A stretch of 33,835 bases of DNA, taken from the IMG/VR virus record IMGVR_UViG_3300037045_000039, positions 1 to 33,835 of that record, one strand, 5' to 3'. Below, piece by piece: positions 7,733 through 16,475 of this stretch. Each line of letters opens with the position of its first letter. The stretch's first letter is position 1. The translations under genes were made by a program, and so were the position numbers. The notes under the pieces were generated by a model. It was not told the origin of the DNA, did no database searches, and saw only the letters and a list, made by a program, of their open reading frames with translations. The DNA comes from a virus. Lineage: Duplodnaviria > Caudoviricetes.

Positions 7733-7905
7733 ACTTCTACCTCGATTACTTCTGTGAAGGTTTCGTCAATAACTTCCGTTTCTTTTGTTTCGCATGGTTC
7801 AACTTGGATTTGTTCTTTGCATCCTGTGCATTCAATGAAATCGCTGATTGTCCAGTATTCTAGTTGTTTGCCGCATTTGGGGCAGTTGATTATTTTGGTT
7901 GTCAT
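7729..7905 (-). CDS. 58-aa zinc-ribbon protein (not in ORF track)
   Basis: MTTKIINCPKCGKQLEYWTISDFIECTGCKEQ...; AAAGGAG RBS; its stop overlaps the pilin ATG (ATGA). Confidence 0.75.
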   Translation of the reverse strand: MTTKIINCPKCGKQLEYWTISDFIECTGCKEQIQVEPCETKETEVIDETFTEVIEVEV

Positions 7906-7918
7906 GGGTACTCCTTTC

Positions 7919-9517
7919 TTATAGTGGGCGGATGAATTCTAGGATTGGGCGGAAACCGTAGCCCGAAGTTGCTGTCGATGGATCACATGTATTTGAGCGT
8001 GTGACGGAGTCAATGCCGCGTACCGTGCGAGCCGAGCCGTCGATTTTCGAAGTCAATGTGTACATGTTTGTGATCCCCAATTCTGCATCCGTGAAAGATG
8101 CCCATGTGTCGTAATTCGTATGCAACGGATACATGAGTGCGTTCCATTCTGTGTCGCTAAGCATTCTAACCGCGTACAATCCGCCTTGAACGGCTACAAG
8201 TTTTTCGCCGTAAACACAGCCTAATGCGTTAAGTGTGTTCCATGAGATTGTGTGCCTAATACACATTTTAGATAAAAGATATCTTTGACCATCTTTGGCA
8301 ACTTTTGACCATCCTGCGAGCGAATTTATCAATGTGCCCGTTGTGACTCCGAGTAATGTACATAGGTCTGCGCCATTAATAAAATCATCCGCTGCAACTT
8401 CTCCAAAATAACCATAATTTGTGTCGCCTGCGATTGGGGTTTCCGAACCGGGCATTGCAGTATAATCTGTTGCAGGTTCTACTGGTGATGGTTGCGCGCC
8501 TGCAAATTGAATTGTGATCGATGGCTTAAATGTGCAATTGATGTCTTTAGGGAACAAGCTAGTCATGTAACTCATCGTTACCGCGCCTGTTGTTGGCGCA
8601 GGATTAAATACAATTTGTTCAGCCGCGTTTTTCGTCCAGTTGTTATTTTGAACGCCATCAACTTTCATTACAATATTGCTGACATCTTGATTTGGAATGT
8701 TGAACGTTGTTTTAACACCGTTCGCCGTGCCGACATTTACATTATTTTTCTGTAGTCCTGTAAATACGCCAGTTCTTGGAATTCTGCATCTAACTCCGAC
8801 CGATGTCCATGCGAAGTATCGAATGTCTTTGTTCCAATCTGACACTCCCCATTCTGCTGAAATCTTTGTTGATTTTGCAGCTGCGTCTATTGTTCGAGTA
8901 CCTGTTTTTGTTTGGCCAATCGCTGTAAATTCATCCGTTTTAGTGAGCGATACACCCATTATATTTCCTGGTGCTGAGCCACCTGTGAGATAATCTCGCA
9001 ATCCGTTGCTGATGAAATTTAGTCCACTATCAACGTCGTATAATTCAACGTAAACAGTCGCGTAAATGTCGATAATTTTGGTGATGGTCTTTTCGATTTC
9101 AATCGGGTTGCCTTCTGAATCTGTGATTAATGCGTGTGTGTTGATTAGTGTTGTGTCGTCACTGATTCCAACTTCTCGCAAAAACATGCCATTGTTATCA
9201 TTGACGTCTAGTCTGATTTTTCTAGTCCATACACTTAACGGGTACGACCTCACTAGGGTTACATCTGTTGCAGCTTTATAATTAACTCGTGAGAATAGCG
9301 TCGTTCTTGCGGCCGATAGCGCGCCTGTTCCGCTACCGTATACGATGTTCGTAAAAAATGTTGAGAAATTTGTTAATCTCGTGTACATCCTATCAAGTAC
9401 GATGTTTTCCGCTTGTGGCTTTAACTCTGCATATGCCTTGCTGATTTCTCCCGTTTCAACGTCAGTAATCACAAAGTCGAAGCGGTTGTGTACTATTGGT
9501 CTTATCTGTTTTTCCAT
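7919..9517 (-). CDS. Tail fibre/receptor-binding protein with C-terminal C-type-lectin-like domain
   Basis: N-terminal collar-like region (YGSGTG..., LREVGI); C-terminus EWNALM...RTVRG...GYGFRPILE. Confidence 0.72.
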   Translation of the reverse strand: MEKQIRPIVHNRFDFVITDVETGEISKAYAELKPQAENIVLDRMYTRLTNFSTFFTNIVYGSGTGALSAARTTLFSRVNYKAATDVTLVRSYPLSVWTRKIRLDVNDNNGMFLREVGISDDTTLINTHALITDSEGNPIEIEKTITKIIDIYATVYVELYDVDSGLNFISNGLRDYLTGGSAPGNIMGVSLTKTDEFTAIGQTKTGTRTIDAAAKSTKISAEWGVSDWNKDIRYFAWTSVGVRCRIPRTGVFTGLQKNNVNVGTANGVKTTFNIPNQDVSNIVMKVDGVQNNNWTKNAAEQIVFNPAPTTGAVTMSYMTSLFPKDINCTFKPSITIQFAGAQPSPVEPATDYTAMPGSETPIAGDTNYGYFGEVAADDFINGADLCTLLGVTTGTLINSLAGWSKVAKDGQRYLLSKMCIRHTISWNTLNALGCVYGEKLVAVQGGLYAVRMLSDTEWNALMYPLHTNYDTWASFTDAELGITNMYTLTSKIDGSARTVRGIDSVTRSNTCDPSTATSGYGFRPILEFIRPL

Positions 9518-9525
9518 TTGCCCTC

Positions 9526-10026
9526 CTAAGGATTTACTATGGTTACGTCGGTGTATTCAACAGTTGCGGTTAATGCGTTTGCTTTTATGGTGTGTTGTTC
9601 GGTTGATGATGCGCTTAGATATTGGATTAAAGAATAATCTAATGTTGCAATAATTATGCCTCTAATGGTTTCTTCATCGTTCGGGTTGATTTCACGGCGC
9701 AAATCTGTTGCCGTAAACGGATAGTTAAAACTCAACACATCGCCCGTTGTTCCTTTTAAATTTCCTAACGCTTGATTGTAACTGACTGTCAGTTGACCTT
9801 CGACGTTATTGAATCGTGCGAATTGATCAACTGTGATTAATAGTGTCCGTGGTTCTGTTGGATGCGCTACGACCGAGGTTACCGTGTATGTTTTGGCGAT
9901 TATCGGTCCATTGATGTATTTGTATTCTTGACCTGTCACGCTGAACGCCGACACATTGCCTGTAACATCTCCAAGTAATGGCATGGTGAATTTGATTGCT
10001 ATTTTCTTTCCTTCTGCTTTACTCAT
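9526..10026 (-). CDS. Minor tail protein, Ig-like beta-rich
   Basis: Tail operon position; beta-rich; FNNVEGQLTVSY resembles FNNAYGNLSVNF in the upstream gene. Confidence 0.6.
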   Translation of the reverse strand: MSKAEGKKIAIKFTMPLLGDVTGNVSAFSVTGQEYKYINGPIIAKTYTVTSVVAHPTEPRTLLITVDQFARFNNVEGQLTVSYNQALGNLKGTTGDVLSFNYPFTATDLRREINPNDEETIRGIIIATLDYSLIQYLSASSTEQHTIKANALTATVEYTDVTIVNP

Positions 10027-11302
10027 TCCACACCCCCTCAACTTCTGGTACTGGGATGAATGTTGGTACTAAGTTTGTAGGTAAGAAAGCGAGTGAAAAT
10101 GAAATCATGTCCTGTTCGTTCTCGCCTTTTGTTATTCCGCCACCTGTGAAATTAACCGATAAATTGCCGTAAGCGTTATTGAAATCGGACGTTTCTAATG
10201 TGTAGATGTTTCCTGAAACGTGCGTGATGCCTAACACTTGGAATAATGCGCTGTTTTCATCGGTCAAGCTGAAATCCGTCGGTGAAGGCGTTGTGAGTCC
10301 GTGTTCGAATTCTACTGTTATTGAATAGCCCCAGTTGTCCAACTCGTCGGGTTCGTTTTCTGCGGATAATATTGCGTTGTAAGGTACGGCCCATAATAAA
10401 CGCGCTGTGACATCGCTGATCGCCGTGAAAATTGATTCTGTGTGTTGTGGTTCAAAGTATTCGATGTAGTCATATTCGACCGATGCGCCAAATGGTGAGG
10501 CTACAATTGACTCATGACCGATAGCCATGCCCGCCCAATTTCTCTCACTGATTAGCCAATGGATTTGGTTTGTTGTGGATTGGACAACGAAGCCCATTCG
10601 ATAATCGTTTAAGAGAAATAAATTTAAATTTGTAATCTGAAAATTAATCTCTGCGACACTTCGGGCGGGTTCCCAATTTTGTACTCCGCCGATGTCTTGG
10701 CAATAACTGCGGTAATATAAAAAGCCGTCAGATTTGATATATCCGACGACTATCCCTTGGTCGCGTTCGGGGTAATACTTGTTTTTCCATCCACGCATCG
10801 CCTTGACTTTTAAAACGTCTGTAGCGAGTTCTACACGGGTTAAAACGTTATCCCAATGTTGCGCCCATAACACGTTCGAAGTGTCAACCCACATAACCCA
10901 CGGCTTTTCTGATGTTTGTAATCGCCACTTTTTGCGCCATAGATTCCAATCGCCATCGAATGCTAAGGCTACTGCGATTCCCGCGCCGAGGTCAAATTGA
11001 TGTTGCCAGCCATCTTCTAACAAATCGGGATACTCTCTAATGGTGGTTTTGACGATGCCGTTGTCCACGTGGATTTCATGGATTCGGTCTGGGCGTCCAT
11101 AGGGGCGTTGGCGTCTTGGTGCTAGGCTGATGTCGCCAAGGCCTGTTTTCGTGCGGATCGTCTCGACGGTCCAATAGGTAGAATCCACTACGGCCGACCG
11201 CGCCCTCGAGACTTGCACGCTCATGCGCGGCTGTGCATTGTTTGCCGGCGTCTGCAAATTGGAATTGAGTTTTGCGAGCAAGTCAGGGCTTATTGGTCTC
11301 AT
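10019..11302 (-). CDS. Minor tail/baseplate protein
   Basis: Starts MRPISP with ATGA coupling; second gene after the tape measure. Confidence 0.65.
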   Translation of the reverse strand: MRPISPDLLAKLNSNLQTPANNAQPRMSVQVSRARSAVVDSTYWTVETIRTKTGLGDISLAPRRQRPYGRPDRIHEIHVDNGIVKTTIREYPDLLEDGWQHQFDLGAGIAVALAFDGDWNLWRKKWRLQTSEKPWVMWVDTSNVLWAQHWDNVLTRVELATDVLKVKAMRGWKNKYYPERDQGIVVGYIKSDGFLYYRSYCQDIGGVQNWEPARSVAEINFQITNLNLFLLNDYRMGFVVQSTTNQIHWLISERNWAGMAIGHESIVASPFGASVEYDYIEYFEPQHTESIFTAISDVTARLLWAVPYNAILSAENEPDELDNWGYSITVEFEHGLTTPSPTDFSLTDENSALFQVLGITHVSGNIYTLETSDFNNAYGNLSVNFTGGGITKGENEQDMISFSLAFLPTNLVPTFIPVPEVEGVWNE

Positions 11303-11646
11303 AGGGTTCCTTCCTCTAAAATGTTGAGTTTTAGAACTGCAAAATAGTATTCTTTGGTGATTCTTTTCCACGTTGGCTTATCAAGCAATAGGCCAGTGTA
11401 TACCGTTGTCTCTTTGACTAATTTGAACTTAGCGCCTGTTGCTCTGAGGTTGTTGATCAAGTCAACTTGCGCATTGGATGAGAGTGTTTCGAATTTTACA
11501 GACTTGCTTGCAGCTCCAATGATTTGAACATGAGATTGTCCATCGAGGGTTTGATTGATCACTTCGATTGCGTCGTTGTCAGCTGGCTCAATTGTTCCAA
11601 TGTTCTCGCTCAGCACGACATTTGCGATGGTTAGAAGTTGATTCAT
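11299..11646 (-). CDS. Distal tail (Dit)-like small protein
   Basis: Immediately follows the tape measure gene with an ATGA overlap. Confidence 0.55.
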   Translation of the reverse strand: MNQLLTIANVVLSENIGTIEPADNDAIEVINQTLDGQSHVQIIGAASKSVKFETLSSNAQVDLINNLRATGAKFKLVKETTVYTGLLLDKPTWKRITKEYYFAVLKLNILEEGTL

Positions 11647-13676
11647 GTCGTTCTCAACTCCCTTCTCAATATTTGATTCACCGTTGTTTCGACAACGGCA
11701 ACTAATTCACCTTTGTTGTTTATGCCTTCGTGTCTAATTACGCCAGTGTGATTTACAGTTGAGTTTGAGCCACCCGCTCTGTATCGCTTATTCTCTTCAG
11801 CTGTCAAAATGCCTTCGCCTTTGTGAACTTCGGCACGGTATCCATCAAATGGAACATACGAAAGGCCGTTTTCATGAGTGCCGTTGATGTATCCTTTTAA
11901 ATCTTTTGTTGTGCCTGAGTGAAGTGATGAACCTGCGCTGAATGCGCTTGTTATAGTACTCACGATTCCTGAAACGAATCCAGCAACCTTATCTTTGAGC
12001 CATTGTGCCATGCCCAAGATGCCATCCCATATGCCCGATACGATGTTTCCACCGATTTTCAGCATGTCTTTAGGCAAGTTCAGGAATGCGTCTTTAATGG
12101 CTGTGATGATTTTCGGCACTTCTGTTTTCGCTTTGTTGACGCCATCTGTTATCCAAGTACCAATGGCAGCAAGTGCTTTTTTGAGTTCTTCAGCCAATTT
12201 AGCAGGAAGTCCTGCGAAGAAACCGACGATTTTACCTATAAAGGCAGGAACATCTTTTGTAATCCAGTTTAGGACGTTGGTGCCCCACTCTTTGATTTTG
12301 TTCATGGCAGCGGCTAATGCTTCGCTAACTTTTCTGCTGATCGCGTCCCATGCCTTAGCTGCAAACTCTTTGATTTCATCGAAATTCTTATAAAGTAAAA
12401 CGCCGATAGCAATGAGTGCACCTATGGCTAGTACAACCAAGGTTATTGGCGAGGTGATGAATGCCATGACAGCACCAAATGCTGTGGCGGCGGCGGTTGC
12501 TATGCCCGTGGCAATGGCTGCCGCAGCTATCGATATGTTGTATGCCACGATAGCGACCGTTAAAGTTCCTACCACTATGGCAATAATGGTAAGCAGCGTT
12601 TTGTTTTCCTCAATCCACTTTGGTAATACTCTGAACATATCCACCAAGCCTTGAAGCGCTGGGGCTAGAAATTTTGCAACTTCTGTGCCGACGCCTTGAA
12701 ATATGCCTTTTGAAACCGCTTTTAACTCATCCATGCTGTCTGCAAATTCATTTGCACTGTCAAGTGCATCTTGACTTAATATAAGGCCTGCAGATTCAGC
12801 TTCATCACCCATGGTTTTTAGAGCATCAGCACCGCCTAGAATTAGCGGATTAAGATCCTGCGCTGACTTCCCAAACAATTCCATTGCTGCTGCATCTCGT
12901 TCGGTTTCATTTGTCATTTCACTTAGTGCTTGAATTGCGTCAGCAAATACGTCTTCATTGTCTCTAAGTTCACCTGTTACATCGTCTTTGAAAGAAACCC
13001 CCAGTTTTTCAAATGCTTCAGTGGCGGCTTTTCCTCCGTTTTGTGCAGCACCCATGTTTTTTGTCAACTTACTCATTGAGCCTGTCAACGTTTCCATTGA
13101 TACATCGATTCTGTCCGATGCATATTGGAACTTTTGAATCGTATCTGTGGCGATTCCTGTCTGTTTGGATAGCGTGTTGATGTCGTCGGCTGATTGTCCC
13201 GCTTTTACAGCTGATGCAATGAGCGTACCGCCTATAGCTATCGCTACACCGCCAGCAACTTTACCAATGTTTTTTAAATTATCGATAGCCTGATCGGATG
13301 ACATTGCTGTGTTTGTTTTTTTAGCTTGATCTTCGACTTTTTTTAGTTCTTGCTCTGTTTTGATTATTTCGCGTTGGAGTCCGCGATATTGTTCCTCTGA
13401 AATTTCACCTCGTTTAAATTGCTCTTGTGCTTGTTTTTCTGCTTCTTTTAACGCTTTTAGTTTGTCGCCTGTGTTTTCTATCGAGTCGCCAAGCAATTTT
13501 TGTTTTTGAGAAAGGAGTTCGGTGTTAGTTGGATCAAGTTTGAGAAGCTTTTCAACTTCTCTGAGTTCCGATTGGAGTTTCCCAGTTTTCGAATTTACAT
13601 CACCAAGTGCTTTATCTAGTGGCGCGGTGTTACCACCAATCTCAATATTGATACCTTTGATTTGATTTTTAGCCAT
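11643..13676 (-). CDS. Tape measure protein
   Basis: MAKNQIKGINIEIGGNT...LLKLDPTNTELLSQKQ N-terminus; TM segments; W/F-spaced repeats; GLSYVPFDGYRAEVHKGE C-terminus. Confidence 0.95.
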   Translation of the reverse strand: MAKNQIKGINIEIGGNTAPLDKALGDVNSKTGKLQSELREVEKLLKLDPTNTELLSQKQKLLGDSIENTGDKLKALKEAEKQAQEQFKRGEISEEQYRGLQREIIKTEQELKKVEDQAKKTNTAMSSDQAIDNLKNIGKVAGGVAIAIGGTLIASAVKAGQSADDINTLSKQTGIATDTIQKFQYASDRIDVSMETLTGSMSKLTKNMGAAQNGGKAATEAFEKLGVSFKDDVTGELRDNEDVFADAIQALSEMTNETERDAAAMELFGKSAQDLNPLILGGADALKTMGDEAESAGLILSQDALDSANEFADSMDELKAVSKGIFQGVGTEVAKFLAPALQGLVDMFRVLPKWIEENKTLLTIIAIVVGTLTVAIVAYNISIAAAAIATGIATAAATAFGAVMAFITSPITLVVLAIGALIAIGVLLYKNFDEIKEFAAKAWDAISRKVSEALAAAMNKIKEWGTNVLNWITKDVPAFIGKIVGFFAGLPAKLAEELKKALAAIGTWITDGVNKAKTEVPKIITAIKDAFLNLPKDMLKIGGNIVSGIWDGILGMAQWLKDKVAGFVSGIVSTITSAFSAGSSLHSGTTKDLKGYINGTHENGLSYVPFDGYRAEVHKGEGILTAEENKRYRAGGSNSTVNHTGVIRHEGINNKGELVAVVETTVNQILRRELRTT

Positions 13677-13950
13677 TAGCCCCCTCCTTTCCGAATTTTT
13701 CTCTAAGACGTTTGCGGTCTGGCTTTGTTTGTTCGAGCATCCAACAACGGGCTAAGTATTCTTGCCCTTTTTCGGTCTGCATGTATTTGTATATGACTGC
13801 ATCTCGAAGTAATGACCAGTACTCGAATACTTCCAAATTTCCGATACCTATAAAATTTAAACCCGTATAGTCACATACGAGTTTGTCTTCAAAGTGATTT
13901 AATTCATAATGTCCCTCGTTTTTATCATCTGGACAACGAGGGATTTTTAG
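13669..13950 (-). CDS. Tail assembly chaperone gpT segment, read by -1 frameshift
   Basis: Open -1 frame of about 93 codons with no start codon near its 5' end (LKIPRCPDD...YWSLLRDAVIYKYMQTEKGQEYL...DRKRLREKFG), after the slippery C CCA AAC. Confidence 0.82.
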   Translation of the reverse strand, partial: LKIPRCPDDKNEGHYELNHFEDKLVCDYTGLNFIGIGNLEVFEYWSLLRDAVIYKYMQTEKGQEYLARCWMLEQTKPDRKRLREKFGKEGANG

Positions 13951-14246
13951 TTTGGGTCGTTTTTTCTAGCCTCATGCATCCACTTGAAAAATTCTTCAAT
14001 GACCATTAACATTTGATCATAATCAAGGTCGTCGATAATTTCGATTGAGACTTGGTGGCCTTTTGAGTTTTTAGATAATATCAATCTGATTGCTTCAGCG
14101 AGTTCGTCCATTGCTTCTTCTGATTTTGTTTTTGTCAAAGCAAGAATTTTTTTAAGTGTTTTCATCTTTGGTGGTTCAACTTTCAATGTCAAATCGCCCA
14201 GTTTGATGTCGAAATAACGTTTTTTCACTTTGTTCAAGTCAAGCAT
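13947..14246 (-). CDS. Tail assembly chaperone (gpG-like)
   Basis: Lies between the major tail and tape measure genes; ends GAC CCA AAC TAA. Confidence 0.85.
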   Translation of the reverse strand: MLDLNKVKKRYFDIKLGDLTLKVEPPKMKTLKKILALTKTKSEEAMDELAEAIRLILSKNSKGHQVSIEIIDDLDYDQMLMVIEEFFKWMHEARKNDPN

Positions 14247-14260
14247 TTCACACGCTCCTT

Positions 14261-14291
14261 AAAATAAAAGAGGGCATTTCTGCCCTCTTTA
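14261..14291 (-). terminator. Intrinsic terminator after the major tail gene
   Basis: AAAGAGGGCA-TTTC-TGCCCTCTTT with a T tail on the minus strand. Confidence 0.8.
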
Positions 14292-14312
14292 GATTATTTT
14301 CGTTTAATTCAA

Positions 14313-15131
14313 TTAGCCAATTTGATTCACAACTGTGACCGTTCCAACTGCTTTGGCTTTGTTTGTGCCATCCACTTCGATGATCGTCAATACTTGGCCA
14401 CTTGTAGCTGTAAACTCTGTCGTACCAGGTGTGACCGCGGTCCATCCAGTTGTGTAAACAGAATCATATACAACCACTTCAGCTGCTTCACCAATTTTGC
14501 CTTTATAGCTATTGCCCGCAATCAATGTAGGCGATACTGTGTCAACTTTGGTTTTGCCTGCTGTGCCTGAAATAACGACCACTGTCAAGACATCAAGCCA
14601 TGCATATTCTTCAGTGTACTTGATGAGAGTACCTTCAGAATCTTGTGGTTGCGCTTTGAATTCAGCGTCGACAACTGTTTCTTTGTTTTTGACGAATGCC
14701 ATAGAGAAACCCGCTTGGTTTTGACCAACGATTGTCACTCTGATGTCGCCATCTGCAGGATCTTCATGCAAGAAGTGAATAACATACTTTTTGCCGTTAT
14801 TGTTTTTGATCCCGCCGATTTTCACCGTTCTGATACCGCCAGCCTCAGTCACTCTAGCTGTGCTTGACAGTTTGGCTAATGTCTTGCCGTTCCACGTCAT
14901 GATTCCAGATTTGAGAGTTGCTTCTTCATCAGTGATAATCATCTTTGTGACGGTACCACTATCGTCTTTTGCCTCGTAGAACGTCGGCTTGTATTCTAAA
15001 CTCGCACCACCTGAAATCTTTCCGACTTCATTATCGTCAGTTTCAATTGTGGCTTGCGCTGGAACCTCGCCAGTGAACTCTAGTACAAAAAGCCTTCCGC
15101 TTCCTAATACTATCTTTTCTTTGTCATCCAT
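14313..15131 (-). CDS. Major tail tube protein with C-terminal beta-rich extension
   Basis: IVLGSG...GKISGGASLEY N-terminus; synteny; about 95 aa C-terminal appendage. Confidence 0.88.
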   Translation of the reverse strand: MDDKEKIVLGSGRLFVLEFTGEVPAQATIETDDNEVGKISGGASLEYKPTFYEAKDDSGTVTKMIITDEEATLKSGIMTWNGKTLAKLSSTARVTEAGGIRTVKIGGIKNNNGKKYVIHFLHEDPADGDIRVTIVGQNQAGFSMAFVKNKETVVDAEFKAQPQDSEGTLIKYTEEYAWLDVLTVVVISGTAGKTKVDTVSPTLIAGNSYKGKIGEAAEVVVYDSVYTTGWTAVTPGTTEFTATSGQVLTIIEVDGTNKAKAVGTVTVVNQIG

Positions 15132-15461
15132 TTAAATACCTACTTTCTCGAAAATCGTGATGCTATAGGTTACCAGGAACAATTTTTCTGTTTCAATATA
15201 AACTTCTAAAGTCTCATAATCAGGGTCAATGATGCCGATGATGTCCTCAATCGTCTTCTCAGCAATAGAATCTTTTTTCTTGGTATAAAGTTCAACGTTG
15301 TAATTCTTGAATTTGCCGTGAACCTTAGAATCAGATGAAACATTTTCACTTGATGGTCGAATAAACGTGACATAAGGTGGTACTTGTCGCTCTTCAAAAC
15401 TGCTATAAGCAGTTGGATATCCGGATTTTTCAAGTTCGATTTTAAGTTCTTTTTGTGTCAT
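15132..15461 (-). CDS. Tail terminator/completion protein
   Basis: GYPTAY..PPYVTF..SD..VELYTKKKD; synteny. Confidence 0.78.
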   Translation of the reverse strand: MTQKELKIELEKSGYPTAYSSFEERQVPPYVTFIRPSSENVSSDSKVHGKFKNYNVELYTKKKDSIAEKTIEDIIGIIDPDYETLEVYIETEKLFLVTYSITIFEKVGI

Positions 15462-15850
15462 TTCTCTATAGCCTCCTTGATCCGGTCTTCCAATGTGTCT
15501 GCAATTTTTTGAGCATTCGACCAATGTGGAAACGCTCGAGTTCTTCCACCTTTTATTTTTGCGTGGCCATATTCCAGTAAATGAGCAATTCGATATTTTT
15601 TATTGTGAATCACCAACTTGTAGAAGCCTTTATTCTTACCTCTCACCTTATACTGGTCTTTGATGTAAAAACTCTTAGCATATTCTCCTGTTCCATCTAA
15701 CCTTTTTATCATTGGATCGTGTTTTAGACTATCAAGAGCTTCAGCTGCAACCGCTTCTATCGTCTGTTTGAGCACTTCCTCAATTTCTACTGAGTATTCT
15801 TCGAGCTCTTTTGCAATCAAATTGGCGAGTTGATCTACCGTCACATCCAT
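15458..15850 (-). CDS. HK97 gp10-like neck protein
   Basis: YRIAHLLEYGHAK..GGR..AFPH motif. Confidence 0.85.
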   Translation of the reverse strand: MDVTVDQLANLIAKELEEYSVEIEEVLKQTIEAVAAEALDSLKHDPMIKRLDGTGEYAKSFYIKDQYKVRGKNKGFYKLVIHNKKYRIAHLLEYGHAKIKGGRTRAFPHWSNAQKIADTLEDRIKEAIEK

Positions 15851-15865
15851 AACACACCTGCTTTT

Positions 15866-16195
15866 TTACTGTTCATCTGCAAGAATAGTCTCGCATGTCA
15901 ACTCAATATTATCTATGTCGACTTCGTATGTTCTTATAACTCGATAATACTTGCCTTCAAATTTCAGTCTATCTTGCCCGAAATATTCGTATGGATGGAT
16001 AACCAATGTAATTGTCGGTTTTATTCCTGCTGTGGCAGCTTTGTAAAATTCATTACCAGTAATTGATTTCTTTCCGCAAAGAATTTTGTCGACTGCAGTT
16101 TCAATTATCTGATTTCCATCGTCATCCGTTGTTGGCGCGTCTGGATCTTCAGGTTCTACAATTTTTATGAGTTCAACTTCATAATCATAGGTCAT
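15866..16195 (-). CDS. Head closure protein (stopper)
   Basis: KSITGNEFYKA..G.KP..EY...YRVIRTY..IELTCE. Confidence 0.85.
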   Translation of the reverse strand: MTYDYEVELIKIVEPEDPDAPTTDDDGNQIIETAVDKILCGKKSITGNEFYKAATAGIKPTITLVIHPYEYFGQDRLKFEGKYYRVIRTYEVDIDNIELTCETILADEQ

Positions 16196-16464
16196 GTTTT
16201 CCCACCACCTACATGGATTGTCAAACTGTGGAGCCTGTATTTAAGGTGTCTTGGCATATCTTCTTTTGGTTTTTCGTACCTGAAAACCGAATAATCGACA
16301 CAGAACATTAAATGATAAGAGTTACTGCTATCAAGCAGTAACCCTCTTTCATCTGTGAGTTCCTTGACTACAGCTTCAACAATAGCAGTCAAATATATGT
16401 CTCTAACATTAGAAGTGATTCCTTTGCTAGCCTTAACCAGTTCTACTATTTGTTGAATGTTCAT
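16192..16464 (-). CDS. Head-tail connector (gp6-like)
   Basis: RDIYL...MPRHLKYRLHSL; follows the capsid gene. Confidence 0.82.
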   Translation of the reverse strand: MNIQQIVELVKASKGITSNVRDIYLTAIVEAVVKELTDERGLLLDSSNSYHLMFCVDYSVFRYEKPKEDMPRHLKYRLHSLTIHVGGGKT

Positions 16465-16475
16465 CTAAGCCTCCA

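Noticed and set aside
7919-8100. Complete diversity-generating retroelement
   Set aside because: No reverse transcriptase ORF, no second copy of the putative variable region and no downstream hairpin were found.
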